Assembly (NCBI GenBank): GCA_964399535.1
Contig: CAYNRE010000070.1
Coordinates: forward strand, 402,252-466,251
DNA from: an uncultured Pirellulales bacterium
Lineage (GTDB): Bacteria > Planctomycetota > Planctomycetia > Pirellulales > CAYNRE01
Reading direction: 5' to 3'
DNA: 64,000 bases
Shown piece by piece: positions 19,644 to 28,212 of this stretch. Numbering within the stretch: the first letter of the stretch is position 1; each line of letters starts with the position of its first letter. The notes under the pieces are model-generated. The model saw only the letters and a list, made by a program, of their open reading frames with translations, was not told the DNA's origin and ran no database searches. The translations under genes and the position numbers were made by a program.

Positions 19644-21053
19644 TCAGCGAGTCTTTTTCACCGCGGGTGGCGACCACGACCCGTCCAGAATCGAGGGAGC
19701 GGTCTCTTTGGGGCCATACATCCGCAGCATCAGGATAAACGGCCCCTTGGGAGCCGGTAACCAGTTCGCCTCTTTGCCCTCGCCCGGCGACTCGTTTTGA
19801 AAGTACAGCGTCAGCGAGCCATCGTCGTTGTAAGTCGGGTTGTTTCGCGGGCTCACGGTGAACTTATTCAGTCGATTCGGGACAAACCACCACCCCTGGT
19901 CGATCTCGTACATTGTGATCGACCAAAACCCATGGACGGGGGGCGTCTGGCCCTTGGGGAAAGTGAGGGTATAGCGGTGGGCGCCCGAGAGCGGCTCCCC
20001 GTCGCCGTCGACCTCGGCATAGGGGTAGACCGCGTCCTTCTCGCGGTTCGCCGGCCAGCCGAACGCCGCCACCACGGCCCGCTTCAAGTAATCAGTACCG
20101 TAGACGCCCAGGCCCTTGGTAATCAGCCAACCGTTTTCGACCCTGCCCAGGCTGTTCTTGTTGGCTTCGATTTTTCGCAGCGCGATCTCGGGGATGTCTT
20201 TCAGAGCCTGTTGCACCTGGGCATCGAGCTTCGACATTTCGAAGGGCTTGCCGGGCACGATCCCGATCTTGGCCATCCGCGCCAGAATGGCCTGGTCCGC
20301 CTTCGGCGGCACCGCCGGCCCGCCCATGAGCCTGGCCATCAGGTTGAAGTAACCTTCGGTCCCCAGGTCAAGAATGGCCTTCTGCGGCTTATCGGTCATG
20401 CTGAAGCCCGGCCGCGGATCCACCGGGGGCGCCTGGTAGGCAAACGGTTTTCCCCAGGCCGACAGCGGCGTGATCTTGTACTGTGCCTGAAGCGCGTTGA
20501 CGGCCTGGTAGTCTTCGTCGGTGCCGTCGGCATACGTGCGGCCGAGGATGGTCATATACCGCGTCGCTACGGGAATGTGCTTCATTCCAGCGGGCACCTC
20601 ACCGCGCCAACCGGGACCCGTGAACAGGTAGTTGGCCGCCGCGCCGCCTTGAACGCGGCTGCCCGGCGAATCGAACACGGTCATCCAGAGATCGACGAGC
20701 TCGAACAGGTAGAACCGCTTACCCATATCGGGGTGGCTGAACACCTGCGGCTCGGCCAGATCGAGCCAGGCGACCGAATACAGCGTGTCGGCGTTGGGGG
20801 CGGAAACTCCCCGGTACTCGGCCGGCGGATATCGCTTGACGTTGACGAACTGCCCCATCGGCCCGGTGAAGCCCTCGGCCTCGGAGACGTTCGACATTTG
20901 CACCCGGGTCACCTCGGTGGTAATCAGCGAATATCCGTATACATAGGCGTCGGTCGCAATCTCCACGGCTTCGCTCGGGCTCGGCTTTTCCTGAGCCTGG
21001 CCGGCAACCGTCAGCAGGGTACACGCCGCGAGGGCGAGAAAAACGGACTTCAT
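19644..21053 (-). CDS. secreted DUF1254/DUF1214 domain protein
   Basis: Signal peptide MKSVFLALAACTLLTVAGQAQE. The C-terminal ANWLPAPKGPFILMLRMYGP is the DUF1214 signature. Confidence 0.75.
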   Translation of the reverse strand: MKSVFLALAACTLLTVAGQAQEKPSPSEAVEIATDAYVYGYSLITTEVTRVQMSNVSEAEGFTGPMGQFVNVKRYPPAEYRGVSAPNADTLYSVAWLDLAEPQVFSHPDMGKRFYLFELVDLWMTVFDSPGSRVQGGAAANYLFTGPGWRGEVPAGMKHIPVATRYMTILGRTYADGTDEDYQAVNALQAQYKITPLSAWGKPFAYQAPPVDPRPGFSMTDKPQKAILDLGTEGYFNLMARLMGGPAVPPKADQAILARMAKIGIVPGKPFEMSKLDAQVQQALKDIPEIALRKIEANKNSLGRVENGWLITKGLGVYGTDYLKRAVVAAFGWPANREKDAVYPYAEVDGDGEPLSGAHRYTLTFPKGQTPPVHGFWSITMYEIDQGWWFVPNRLNKFTVSPRNNPTYNDDGSLTLYFQNESPGEGKEANWLPAPKGPFILMLRMYGPKETAPSILDGSWSPPAVKKTR

Positions 21054-21943
21054 CGGATGTCGCTCCTAGGCCAAGGCAATTTCACGAAAAAACCACGGGG
21101 ACCGCGATAACGCCGAGCTGGAACAAGGTACCGACTGACCCTAATCGGGTAAAGGCGCGGCGAGCGGCTTGCTGCCGGATTCGACTGGCCGCGTCATCGC
21201 GGGGACGCGGTCGCGAGAATAAGGATGGAAGTCGTTTTTCGGCGCTTTCGTGAACCGCGCGGCCGCGGGCCTGGTGCTGGTTGATATAGCCGGCGATGGC
21301 TTGTTTTGAACTGGCCGCCCAGGCAAGCCGCCGGCAGCCGACCAGGCCGCGGGAGGCGAAGGGCTGGATCGGCTCGCCCACCCCCAAGCCGCACCGGCGC
21401 TCGGCAAGGCGCGCCGCCAGTAGCTTGAAAGCCCCCCTCTTTCGACGGCACGCCCGGACCGTCCAGGCACCAGGCAGCAGTTGCCGCGAGCCCTACGCTC
21501 CCGCGACCCGAACCGACCCAGAGGGTTTCACGAAGTACCTTGGATCGGGAAACGCTCGCCGTCGTCCAAGTCCATCACGCAACTCCGTACCTTGTCAGTA
21601 CCACGCTGAAAGCAATCCAGGATCCAGATTCTGGGATTACCCTTGCTTCCCAGTTACATTCATTCCGCGAGCCGCTCGCCCTTCCGCGGTTTTGGCGTTG
21701 CCGGGTCGGGGGAGCCCTAGCACCAAAGGGGGCAGGGCGGAAGCATTCCCGCCGCCAAGCGGGCTTCACACGTTCAGGGGCCGGCCGCGAGCGCGTCGTC
21801 GATGAAATCGGCGGCCGCGCATCGTATTGGGTTTCCGGGCGGCCAGCTAGGCGCTGGAGAACGCGGGCATCCGGCTACCTCGGCGGTCGGCGCCGAGCCA
21901 TGACCAGCTTGAACAAACCACTTCCCAAGAACGGGCGCCGAGC

Positions 21944-23119
21944 ATGAGGCGACGAGAGTTTCTTTTGAGCGGACTGGGGGGCGCTGTCGCCATCGCGGGC
22001 CAGGCGCGTGCCGCCCAGCTCGACAAGCTCTCAGAGCACAAGATCGCGGCGGTCGAGTCACGGAGAGTTCCGCTCCTTTGGCCGCGCCTGGTCGGCCGAA
22101 ATGCCAAGCTGGGCGTCCATGGCCAGGGGCCGACGATCACCGCGGTTCAGGTCCACACCGACCGTGGCGCGTCGGGCTGGGGCGAACTGCTCGGCAGCGT
22201 CAAAGAACTTGACGGAATCAAAGAAACCGTCAAAGGGGAGGCGGTCTCCGCGCTGTTCGAGGTTGACCAGGGAATTCGCCGGCCGGAAATTCGCCCGCTC
22301 GATGTCGCCTTGCACGACCTGGCGGGCGTAATCCTCGAAGAGCCCGTCTGGAAGCTGCTGGGAGCCTCCGAGCCGCGGCGGTTTCCCGTTTACTCGGGCA
22401 TGATCTATTTCGACGATCTGGCGCCCGACGGTGGGGATGCCGGCATTGACCGGGTGCTTGAAAACTGCGCTGCCGATCGCGCGCAGGGCTACCGGCAGTT
22501 CAAGGTCAAGATCGGGCGGGGGAACAAGTGGATGCCGCCCGCCCAAGGGCTGCGGCGCGACATCGAGGTTGTCCGCGAAATCGCCCGAGCGTTCCCCGAT
22601 TGCGAGCTATTGGTCGACGGCAACGATGGTTTCAGCGTCGACGGAATTATCGAGTTTCTGCGGGGCATCGAGGGCATTCCCTTGGTTTGGATCGAAGAGC
22701 CGTTTGTCGAAGACGACCAAAAGTGGCGGCAGCTCTTTCATTGGACCCGAGCCAACGGCCGGGCGACGACACTCCTCGCCGACGGCGAGCAGCACAACGA
22801 TCTTCCCGTGCTGGAACGGCTCGAAGCCGACGGCATCGTGCAGGTGCGGCTCTCCGACATACTCGACCTGGGCTTTACCCGTTGGCGAGCACTCATGCCC
22901 CGGCTGTTGGCAACCGGCACGCTGGCTTCGCCACACTGCTGGGGTTCTGGCCTCAAGACCGTTTACACCGCCCATCTGCTCGCGGCGACCGGCAATGCGC
23001 CGACGATCGAAGGGGTAAGCTGCCGCCACGACCACGTCGATTTTGGCCAGAACGTAATCCAGGACGGTAAGCAGCAAGTATCGACCGAGCCCGGCTTCGG
23101 CCTGCGGCTGACGATGTGA
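21944..23119 (+). CDS. enolase-superfamily enzyme (mandelate racemase/muconate lactonizing enzyme family) with Tat signal
   Basis: MRRREFLLSGLGGAVAIAGQARA is a Tat signal. KVKIGRG...DGNDGFS...IEEP fits the MR/MLE metal-binding triad pattern. Confidence 0.7.
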   Translation: MRRREFLLSGLGGAVAIAGQARAAQLDKLSEHKIAAVESRRVPLLWPRLVGRNAKLGVHGQGPTITAVQVHTDRGASGWGELLGSVKELDGIKETVKGEAVSALFEVDQGIRRPEIRPLDVALHDLAGVILEEPVWKLLGASEPRRFPVYSGMIYFDDLAPDGGDAGIDRVLENCAADRAQGYRQFKVKIGRGNKWMPPAQGLRRDIEVVREIARAFPDCELLVDGNDGFSVDGIIEFLRGIEGIPLVWIEEPFVEDDQKWRQLFHWTRANGRATTLLADGEQHNDLPVLERLEADGIVQVRLSDILDLGFTRWRALMPRLLATGTLASPHCWGSGLKTVYTAHLLAATGNAPTIEGVSCRHDHVDFGQNVIQDGKQQVSTEPGFGLRLTM

Positions 23120-23379
23120 CGCGCGGCGGAAGACCTTTTCGGAAACGGTGTCGAGGCGTATCCCCATTCGGAAACGGACCTCGTGAGATTTCGTGGGTGA
23201 CTTGGCCCGCCGGGCACCGCAGGACGAGGTTCGCTTGCCCACCGCCTGAGCGAGCAGCCTGAGCACGTCGAACCGGATGGCGCGCGATTTCATTCAGCCG
23301 CGCTGAAATCCGTCGAAGCCCGTCGTTCGAAGCGGCCAAACCCCCCCGGGCCGATCTGGCCGAATTCGTGCTTGACACG

Positions 23380-23436
23380 GCCGGGGAAAACACTACGATA
23401 AAACCAAATCTAATAAACCAAACTATAGGACCCGCC
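23380..23436 (+). promoter_or_regulatory. AT-rich direct repeats (AAACCAAAT/CTA x2) immediately upstream of blaI-like repressor; candidate operator/promoter
   Basis: aaaccaaatctaataaaccaaactatagga directly precedes the ATG of the BlaI-family gene. It is unusually AT-rich for this genome. Confidence 0.35.
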
Positions 23437-23820
23437 ATGGCCCGACCCAAAGCCAAAGAGCTCACCCCCCGCGAGCTGGAAATCATGCACTACTTTTGGA
23501 GCCACGGCCCGGCCACGGCCGTCGAGGTCCGCGACGGCCTGGCCTCCGCGGGGCTGGACCGGGCCTATACCACCATCGCCACGCTGATTCGCATCCTCAC
23601 CGAGAAGGGGGCTCTCGAGCAATCCGGCGAGCAGCGGCCGTTCACCTACCGGCCGGTTCGACCCTACCACGAAGTGGCCAGCAGCCTGTTGGCCGATCTC
23701 ACGCAGCGGGTGTTTCACGGCTCGCGTGAGCAACTCTTGGTGCATTTATTCGGCAAGCAAAAGCTGACCGCTCAAGAGCGCGCCGCGCTCGAGGCGCTGC
23801 TTAAGGAGAGCCGGTCATGA
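23437..23820 (+). CDS. BlaI/MecI/CopY-family transcriptional repressor
   Basis: MARPKAKELTPRELEIMHYFWSHGPATAVEVRD...TIATLIRILTEKG is a winged-helix penicillinase-repressor fold. ATGA overlap with the downstream M56 gene. Confidence 0.8.
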   Translation: MARPKAKELTPRELEIMHYFWSHGPATAVEVRDGLASAGLDRAYTTIATLIRILTEKGALEQSGEQRPFTYRPVRPYHEVASSLLADLTQRVFHGSREQLLVHLFGKQKLTAQERAALEALLKESRS

Positions 23821-26435
23821 CCCTGGCGGCCGCCTCCCTGGTCTGGTGCCTGCTACAAGTGACGCTGTTCGCCCTGCTCGCCCTGGTCGCGAGTTGGTTC
23901 GCACGGCGCTCTGGCCCTCGGGCCATGGCGTCGATGATCGCAACCGCTCTGGCATTGCTGCTGGTGGTAACGGGACTGTCGTTCCTGCCCTGGCCCTCCA
24001 TGCTGCGCGTGCCGTTCGCACGGGCCGCTGCGCCCCAACCGCCAACCACGGCGCGTGGCGATTCGGCATCGCCAATGGCCTCCTTTGCCCTCTCGCTACT
24101 TACGGCCGATGGTTCCTCGCCCTCCGCAGAGCCTTCGCTCGATGCCGATACCGGGCCGGCGGCGGATGCTCGCAGTCTGCCCACTAAATCCTCGTTCGCA
24201 CTGCTCGTGTGGCTCGTTCCCTTGGCGTCGATCGTGGCCGTAGGGCGATGGTGTCACGCGGTCGTCTCGTTGCGGAACTACCGGCGACAATCCGCCCCGA
24301 TCGATGACCCACGCCTCGTCGCGATCGCCCGCTCGCTAAGGGGGGCGCTGCAGTGCCCTCGCGGAGTCGAACTGCGGGCAACCAGCGCGGTCGCCGCGCC
24401 CGCCACGATTGGTTGGCGCGAGCCGGTCGTGCTGCTGCCGATCGATTGGCCAACCTGGTCCGAGGGGCAACTGCGCGCGGTGCTGGCGCACGAGTTCGCG
24501 CACATCGCCCGGGGCGACTATGCCGCTTGGGTCGCTGCCCGGTTCGTGCAGGCCCTGCACTGCTACCACCCGCTGGTCCGTTGGCTCGTCGCCCGGATGC
24601 AACTGGCCCAGGAGCTGGCGGCCGACGCGCTTGCTGCCCCCTTGGCCGGCGGGCGCGAACCCTATCTCCAAGCGCTGGCCGCCATCGCCCTGGCCGACGG
24701 AAACCAACCCAAAGCCGGGCATGCCCGGGCATTTCTTTCCCGCGAAACCGACCTACTCAGGAGAATCGCCATGTTGCGAGACCAGGATCGTCGTTCGGAT
24801 GGGGGAACCAGGGCCTCTGGGCGACAGCTCACGCTGGTCGCGATGTTGGTCGCGGGCGCACTTTTCGTCTTGGGCCTGCGGCCAGCGCCGCGCGTCGTCC
24901 TGGCGGCGGCCGACTCACCGCCGAGCGCTCAGGGCGCCACCTCGGGGGCCGGCGTCGCCATCGCCCAGGCAGAGCCGTCCGACGAACTCTCGCTTCGTCT
25001 CGCCGGCGAACCGCAACTGAGCGCCAATCTGAACCTCAGCGGCCCGCGAGGACTTTCGACCACGGGCAACTGGCTCATGAAAGTCAGCCACCCGAAAGCA
25101 GTCGTTCGCGCCTTTGTCGCGCGAACGCTGAAGCAGCACGGGCTCGATTCCTCGAGTGGCCTACCGCTCGACGACATCGCCTCGCTGTGGCAAGCCATGC
25201 AGCTTGCCGGCGGCTCGCGCGGTCCGAGTCAGGAGCCCCTGACGTTGCTGGAGTTTGCCGCGACGCACGACTGGAACAAGGTCGCGGAACAGGCCCAATG
25301 GCAAGCCGATCGGCAGGACGAGATCACCGTTTACCACTCAGGCGACAGCGCCTGGTGGTTTCCCGACGAACAGTCGGTGGTTATCGGTTCCCGTAACGCC
25401 GTGGCTGCCCAGGTGCGCGATGTCGCCACCGATTCCGGCACGAACTGGCGCGGTCGCGTCGGTCTTTGGGCCAAGCGGTCGAACCTTCTGGCCATGGATT
25501 CGCGGAGCATCTCCGAGTATATCGGCAGCAGCCCCGGGAACTGGCCTTCGATCCTGAACGACGCCGTCGGCACCGCCTGGCTGGCGGTCTGGTCCTCGAG
25601 CTCCGAATCTCCTTCCGGCACGGAAATCTCGCTGGTTTATCCCAACCAGACCGAAGCGGCCCGCAGCCTGCCGAAAATCAAGAACCTGCTGGCGCTATGC
25701 AAGCGCGAAGGGGTACCGCCGCATCTGGCCGCGCTCGGTTTCGCCACGGCCGGCGAACCCCGGCAAGAAATCGATCGCGTCGTACTCGAGACCCAGTTGC
25801 CTTCGACGGCGCTGAGCCAGGGGTTGAACGCGGCGAACACGGCCGCCTCGCGCTCCGAGGCGATGAACCATCTCAAGCTGATTGCCCTGGCCTGGCACAA
25901 CTACCACGACACGTACCGCGCATTCCCGGCGCCCGCCATGCTGAGTGCCGACGGCAATCCGCTCTTGAGCTGGCGGGTCGCGATCTTACCCTTCCTCGAT
26001 GCCAAGCCGCTTTACGAGAAATTCAAGCTCGACGAGCCCTGGGACAGCCCGCACAACCTCGAACTGCTCAAAGAAATGCCCGCGGTCTACGGGCATCCGG
26101 GCACGCAAACCCAGTTCACCTCGATCGTGGCCCCCAGCGGCCAGCACTGCATGCTTCACGGGCCAGCGGGCACCAAGATTCAAGAGATCATCGACGGAAC
26201 TTCCAATACGATCATGCTGATCGAAACCAAGACCGAGATTCCCTGGACCAAGCCGGAGGACTTCGAAGTCACGGCCGATCTTTCGCCCGAAACGCTGACC
26301 ACTTATTTCGAGGAGGGTTTCGTCACGGCTTTTGGCGATGGCTCGGCCCATTTCATCAGCAAGGCGGTCGACAAGGATCTGCTGCAGCGGCTGTTGACCA
26401 TCGACGGTCGGGAGGTGGTCGAGCTACCCCGCTAG
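23817..26435 (+). CDS. BlaR1-type M56 peptidase signal transducer fused to C-terminal DUF1559 domain
   Basis: N-terminal TM helices plus LAHEFAHIARGD (HEXXH zinc motif). The C-terminus LIALAWHNYHDTYRAFP...IIDGTSNTIMLIE...AFGDGSAHFISKAVD matches the DUF1559 module found after Planctomycete prepilin N-termini. Confidence 0.7.
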   Translation: MTLAAASLVWCLLQVTLFALLALVASWFARRSGPRAMASMIATALALLLVVTGLSFLPWPSMLRVPFARAAAPQPPTTARGDSASPMASFALSLLTADGSSPSAEPSLDADTGPAADARSLPTKSSFALLVWLVPLASIVAVGRWCHAVVSLRNYRRQSAPIDDPRLVAIARSLRGALQCPRGVELRATSAVAAPATIGWREPVVLLPIDWPTWSEGQLRAVLAHEFAHIARGDYAAWVAARFVQALHCYHPLVRWLVARMQLAQELAADALAAPLAGGREPYLQALAAIALADGNQPKAGHARAFLSRETDLLRRIAMLRDQDRRSDGGTRASGRQLTLVAMLVAGALFVLGLRPAPRVVLAAADSPPSAQGATSGAGVAIAQAEPSDELSLRLAGEPQLSANLNLSGPRGLSTTGNWLMKVSHPKAVVRAFVARTLKQHGLDSSSGLPLDDIASLWQAMQLAGGSRGPSQEPLTLLEFAATHDWNKVAEQAQWQADRQDEITVYHSGDSAWWFPDEQSVVIGSRNAVAAQVRDVATDSGTNWRGRVGLWAKRSNLLAMDSRSISEYIGSSPGNWPSILNDAVGTAWLAVWSSSSESPSGTEISLVYPNQTEAARSLPKIKNLLALCKREGVPPHLAALGFATAGEPRQEIDRVVLETQLPSTALSQGLNAANTAASRSEAMNHLKLIALAWHNYHDTYRAFPAPAMLSADGNPLLSWRVAILPFLDAKPLYEKFKLDEPWDSPHNLELLKEMPAVYGHPGTQTQFTSIVAPSGQHCMLHGPAGTKIQEIIDGTSNTIMLIETKTEIPWTKPEDFEVTADLSPETLTTYFEEGFVTAFGDGSAHFISKAVDKDLLQRLLTIDGREVVELPR

Positions 26436-26719
26436 CCGCCGCTGGCTACGATGGAGCGTTATCCGAGCGGCCCGGGGCGCCCCGCACTTCCTTGCCCGGG
26501 GGCGAACCCCAATCCGCGACCGACCGTCCTGGCCGCGCTGGCACGAACCAGCGCGGCCGTTTTTTATGAGCGCCGCGCCGCTCATGGTCGAATTGGCCGA
26601 CCAACCCTAGTGATTAACCGATTCCCACTGCCTGGCCGTTCGCGCCCAGTTCGGTCGATCACGCAGCTCGCTTGGCCGGGCCAAGCACCAACGCCACCCC
26701 GCCGCGGCGTAGGCACTCG

Positions 26720-27484
26720 CTAGTGCGCGTTCAGCATTCCGCCGTCGACCACCAGCACCTGGCCGGTCACCATCCGGCTGCCCGTAATCAGGCTCACGAT
26801 CGCCGCGGCTACGTCGGCCGGGTCCGAAACCTTGCCCAGCGGGGTCTTCTGGGCGATGTTTTCTTTGACCATCTCGTAGGCCGGGCCCAGGCCGTTTTGC
26901 AGCCAGCGGCCGGTGATAAACCCCGGGGCCACGGCGTTCACGCGAATCTCGGGCGCCAGCGCCTTGGCCAGGGTAATCGTTAGGTTATTCAAGGCCGCCT
27001 TCGAGGCCGCGTAGGGAATCGAGCTGCCGATGCCCGCGATTCCGGCGATGCTCGAAACGTTGATAATCACGCCGCCGCCCCCGGAGCGCATCGGCTGGGC
27101 CGCCGCCCGGGCGCAGTAAAACGGCCCCTTCAAGTTCACCGACAAAATGCGGTCCCAGTCGGCGTCGGTCACGCGCTCCAGGTCGCCATGGGCGATAAAG
27201 GTGGTGGTGCCGGCGCAATTGACGAGCAGGTCGAGCCGGCCCAACCGCCGCACGGTTTCGGCCACCATGGCCCGGCACTGGGCGTCGTCGGCCACGTCGG
27301 CCTGAAACGTGGAGGCCTTCACCCCCAGTTCGGCCGCTTCCCGAGCGGTTTGTTCGGCTTCAGCCGCCGAGCGGCTGTAGTTCACCACCACGTTGGCGCC
27401 CAAGCGGGCCAATTGCAGCGTAGTTTCCCGCCCCACGCCCGTGCCACCGCCGGTAACGAGCGCTCCCTGGCCAGCAAGATTCAC
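26720..27484 (-). CDS. SDR-family oxidoreductase (3-oxoacyl-ACP reductase FabG-like)
   Basis: TGGGTGVGRE Rossmann motif. NCAG and the catalytic S...YAASKAA (YxxxK) motif are present. Confidence 0.85.
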   Translation of the reverse strand: MNLAGQGALVTGGGTGVGRETTLQLARLGANVVVNYSRSAAEAEQTAREAAELGVKASTFQADVADDAQCRAMVAETVRRLGRLDLLVNCAGTTTFIAHGDLERVTDADWDRILSVNLKGPFYCARAAAQPMRSGGGGVIINVSSIAGIAGIGSSIPYAASKAALNNLTITLAKALAPEIRVNAVAPGFITGRWLQNGLGPAYEMVKENIAQKTPLGKVSDPADVAAAIVSLITGSRMVTGQVLVVDGGMLNAH

Positions 27485-27605
27485 GCGATGCTCCTCCGCA
27501 ACGAGTACAAGGAAAGGTGTGCGATGCCGGGCAGCCCGACCGCGCCCAATTTAAGTTTCGCCCAGCCGCCTGCCCGGGGGCCGGGCAACCCACTGGCGGA
27601 GAAGT

Positions 27606-28208
27606 TTACTTGCCGGGCTCGGGCGAGGCGAGCAGGTCGGCCGCCGCGATCATGGCCCGAGCCAACTCGACCAGTTTTAGATTCCGGTCGCTGGCGGCCC
27701 GCTGCAAGCGGCGAAACGCCTCGGGTTCGCTCAGCCCGGTCTGCTGCATCAAGATTCCCTTGGCTCGTTCGATGAGCTTGCGATCTTCGAGCGATTGGCG
27801 GAGCGTGCTGGCCTCGCGGAGGGCGCTTTCCAATTGCTCGAAGCGGCGGGTCGAAACGGCGATCGCGGCCTCCAAATCGGCCCGCTCGATCGGCTTGACC
27901 AGGTAGGCCATCACCGGCGCGTCGGAGGCCTGGCGAATCAGATCCGGATCGTGGTAGGCCGACACCAAAATGGTGGGCACCGGCCGCTCGCTGCTGAGCC
28001 GCCGGGCCGCCTCGATGCCGTTGATGTCGGGCATGCGAATATCGCTGATCACCAGGTCGGGCGCGGCGGCGCGGCAGCCGTCGATCAGCTCTTGCCCCGT
28101 GGCGGCGTCGACCACGACCTGGTGCCCCAGATCGGTCAGCACCTCGTGGAAGTACTGCCGAATCAGCGGCTCGTCGTCGGCGATGGCGATGGATAAGGAG
28201 CGGGTCAT
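27606..28208 (-). CDS. response regulator with receiver + ANTAR RNA-binding output domain (AmiR/NasR-like)
   Basis: IAIADDEPLIR...DLVISDIRMPDINGIE is the REC domain. The C-terminal LIERAKGILMQQTGLSEPEAFRRLQRAASDRNLKLVELARAMI is the ANTAR signature. Confidence 0.8.
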   Translation of the reverse strand: MTRSLSIAIADDEPLIRQYFHEVLTDLGHQVVVDAATGQELIDGCRAAAPDLVISDIRMPDINGIEAARRLSSERPVPTILVSAYHDPDLIRQASDAPVMAYLVKPIERADLEAAIAVSTRRFEQLESALREASTLRQSLEDRKLIERAKGILMQQTGLSEPEAFRRLQRAASDRNLKLVELARAMIAAADLLASPEPGK

Positions 28209-28212
28209 GCGA

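Noticed and set aside
21060-21944. 880-bp non-coding stretch upstream of the Tat-enolase gene examined for riboswitch/ncRNA or small ORFs (21296-21805)
   Set aside because: No conserved riboswitch core recognised by eye. The ORFs are Arg/Pro-rich GC artefacts. Left as intergenic.
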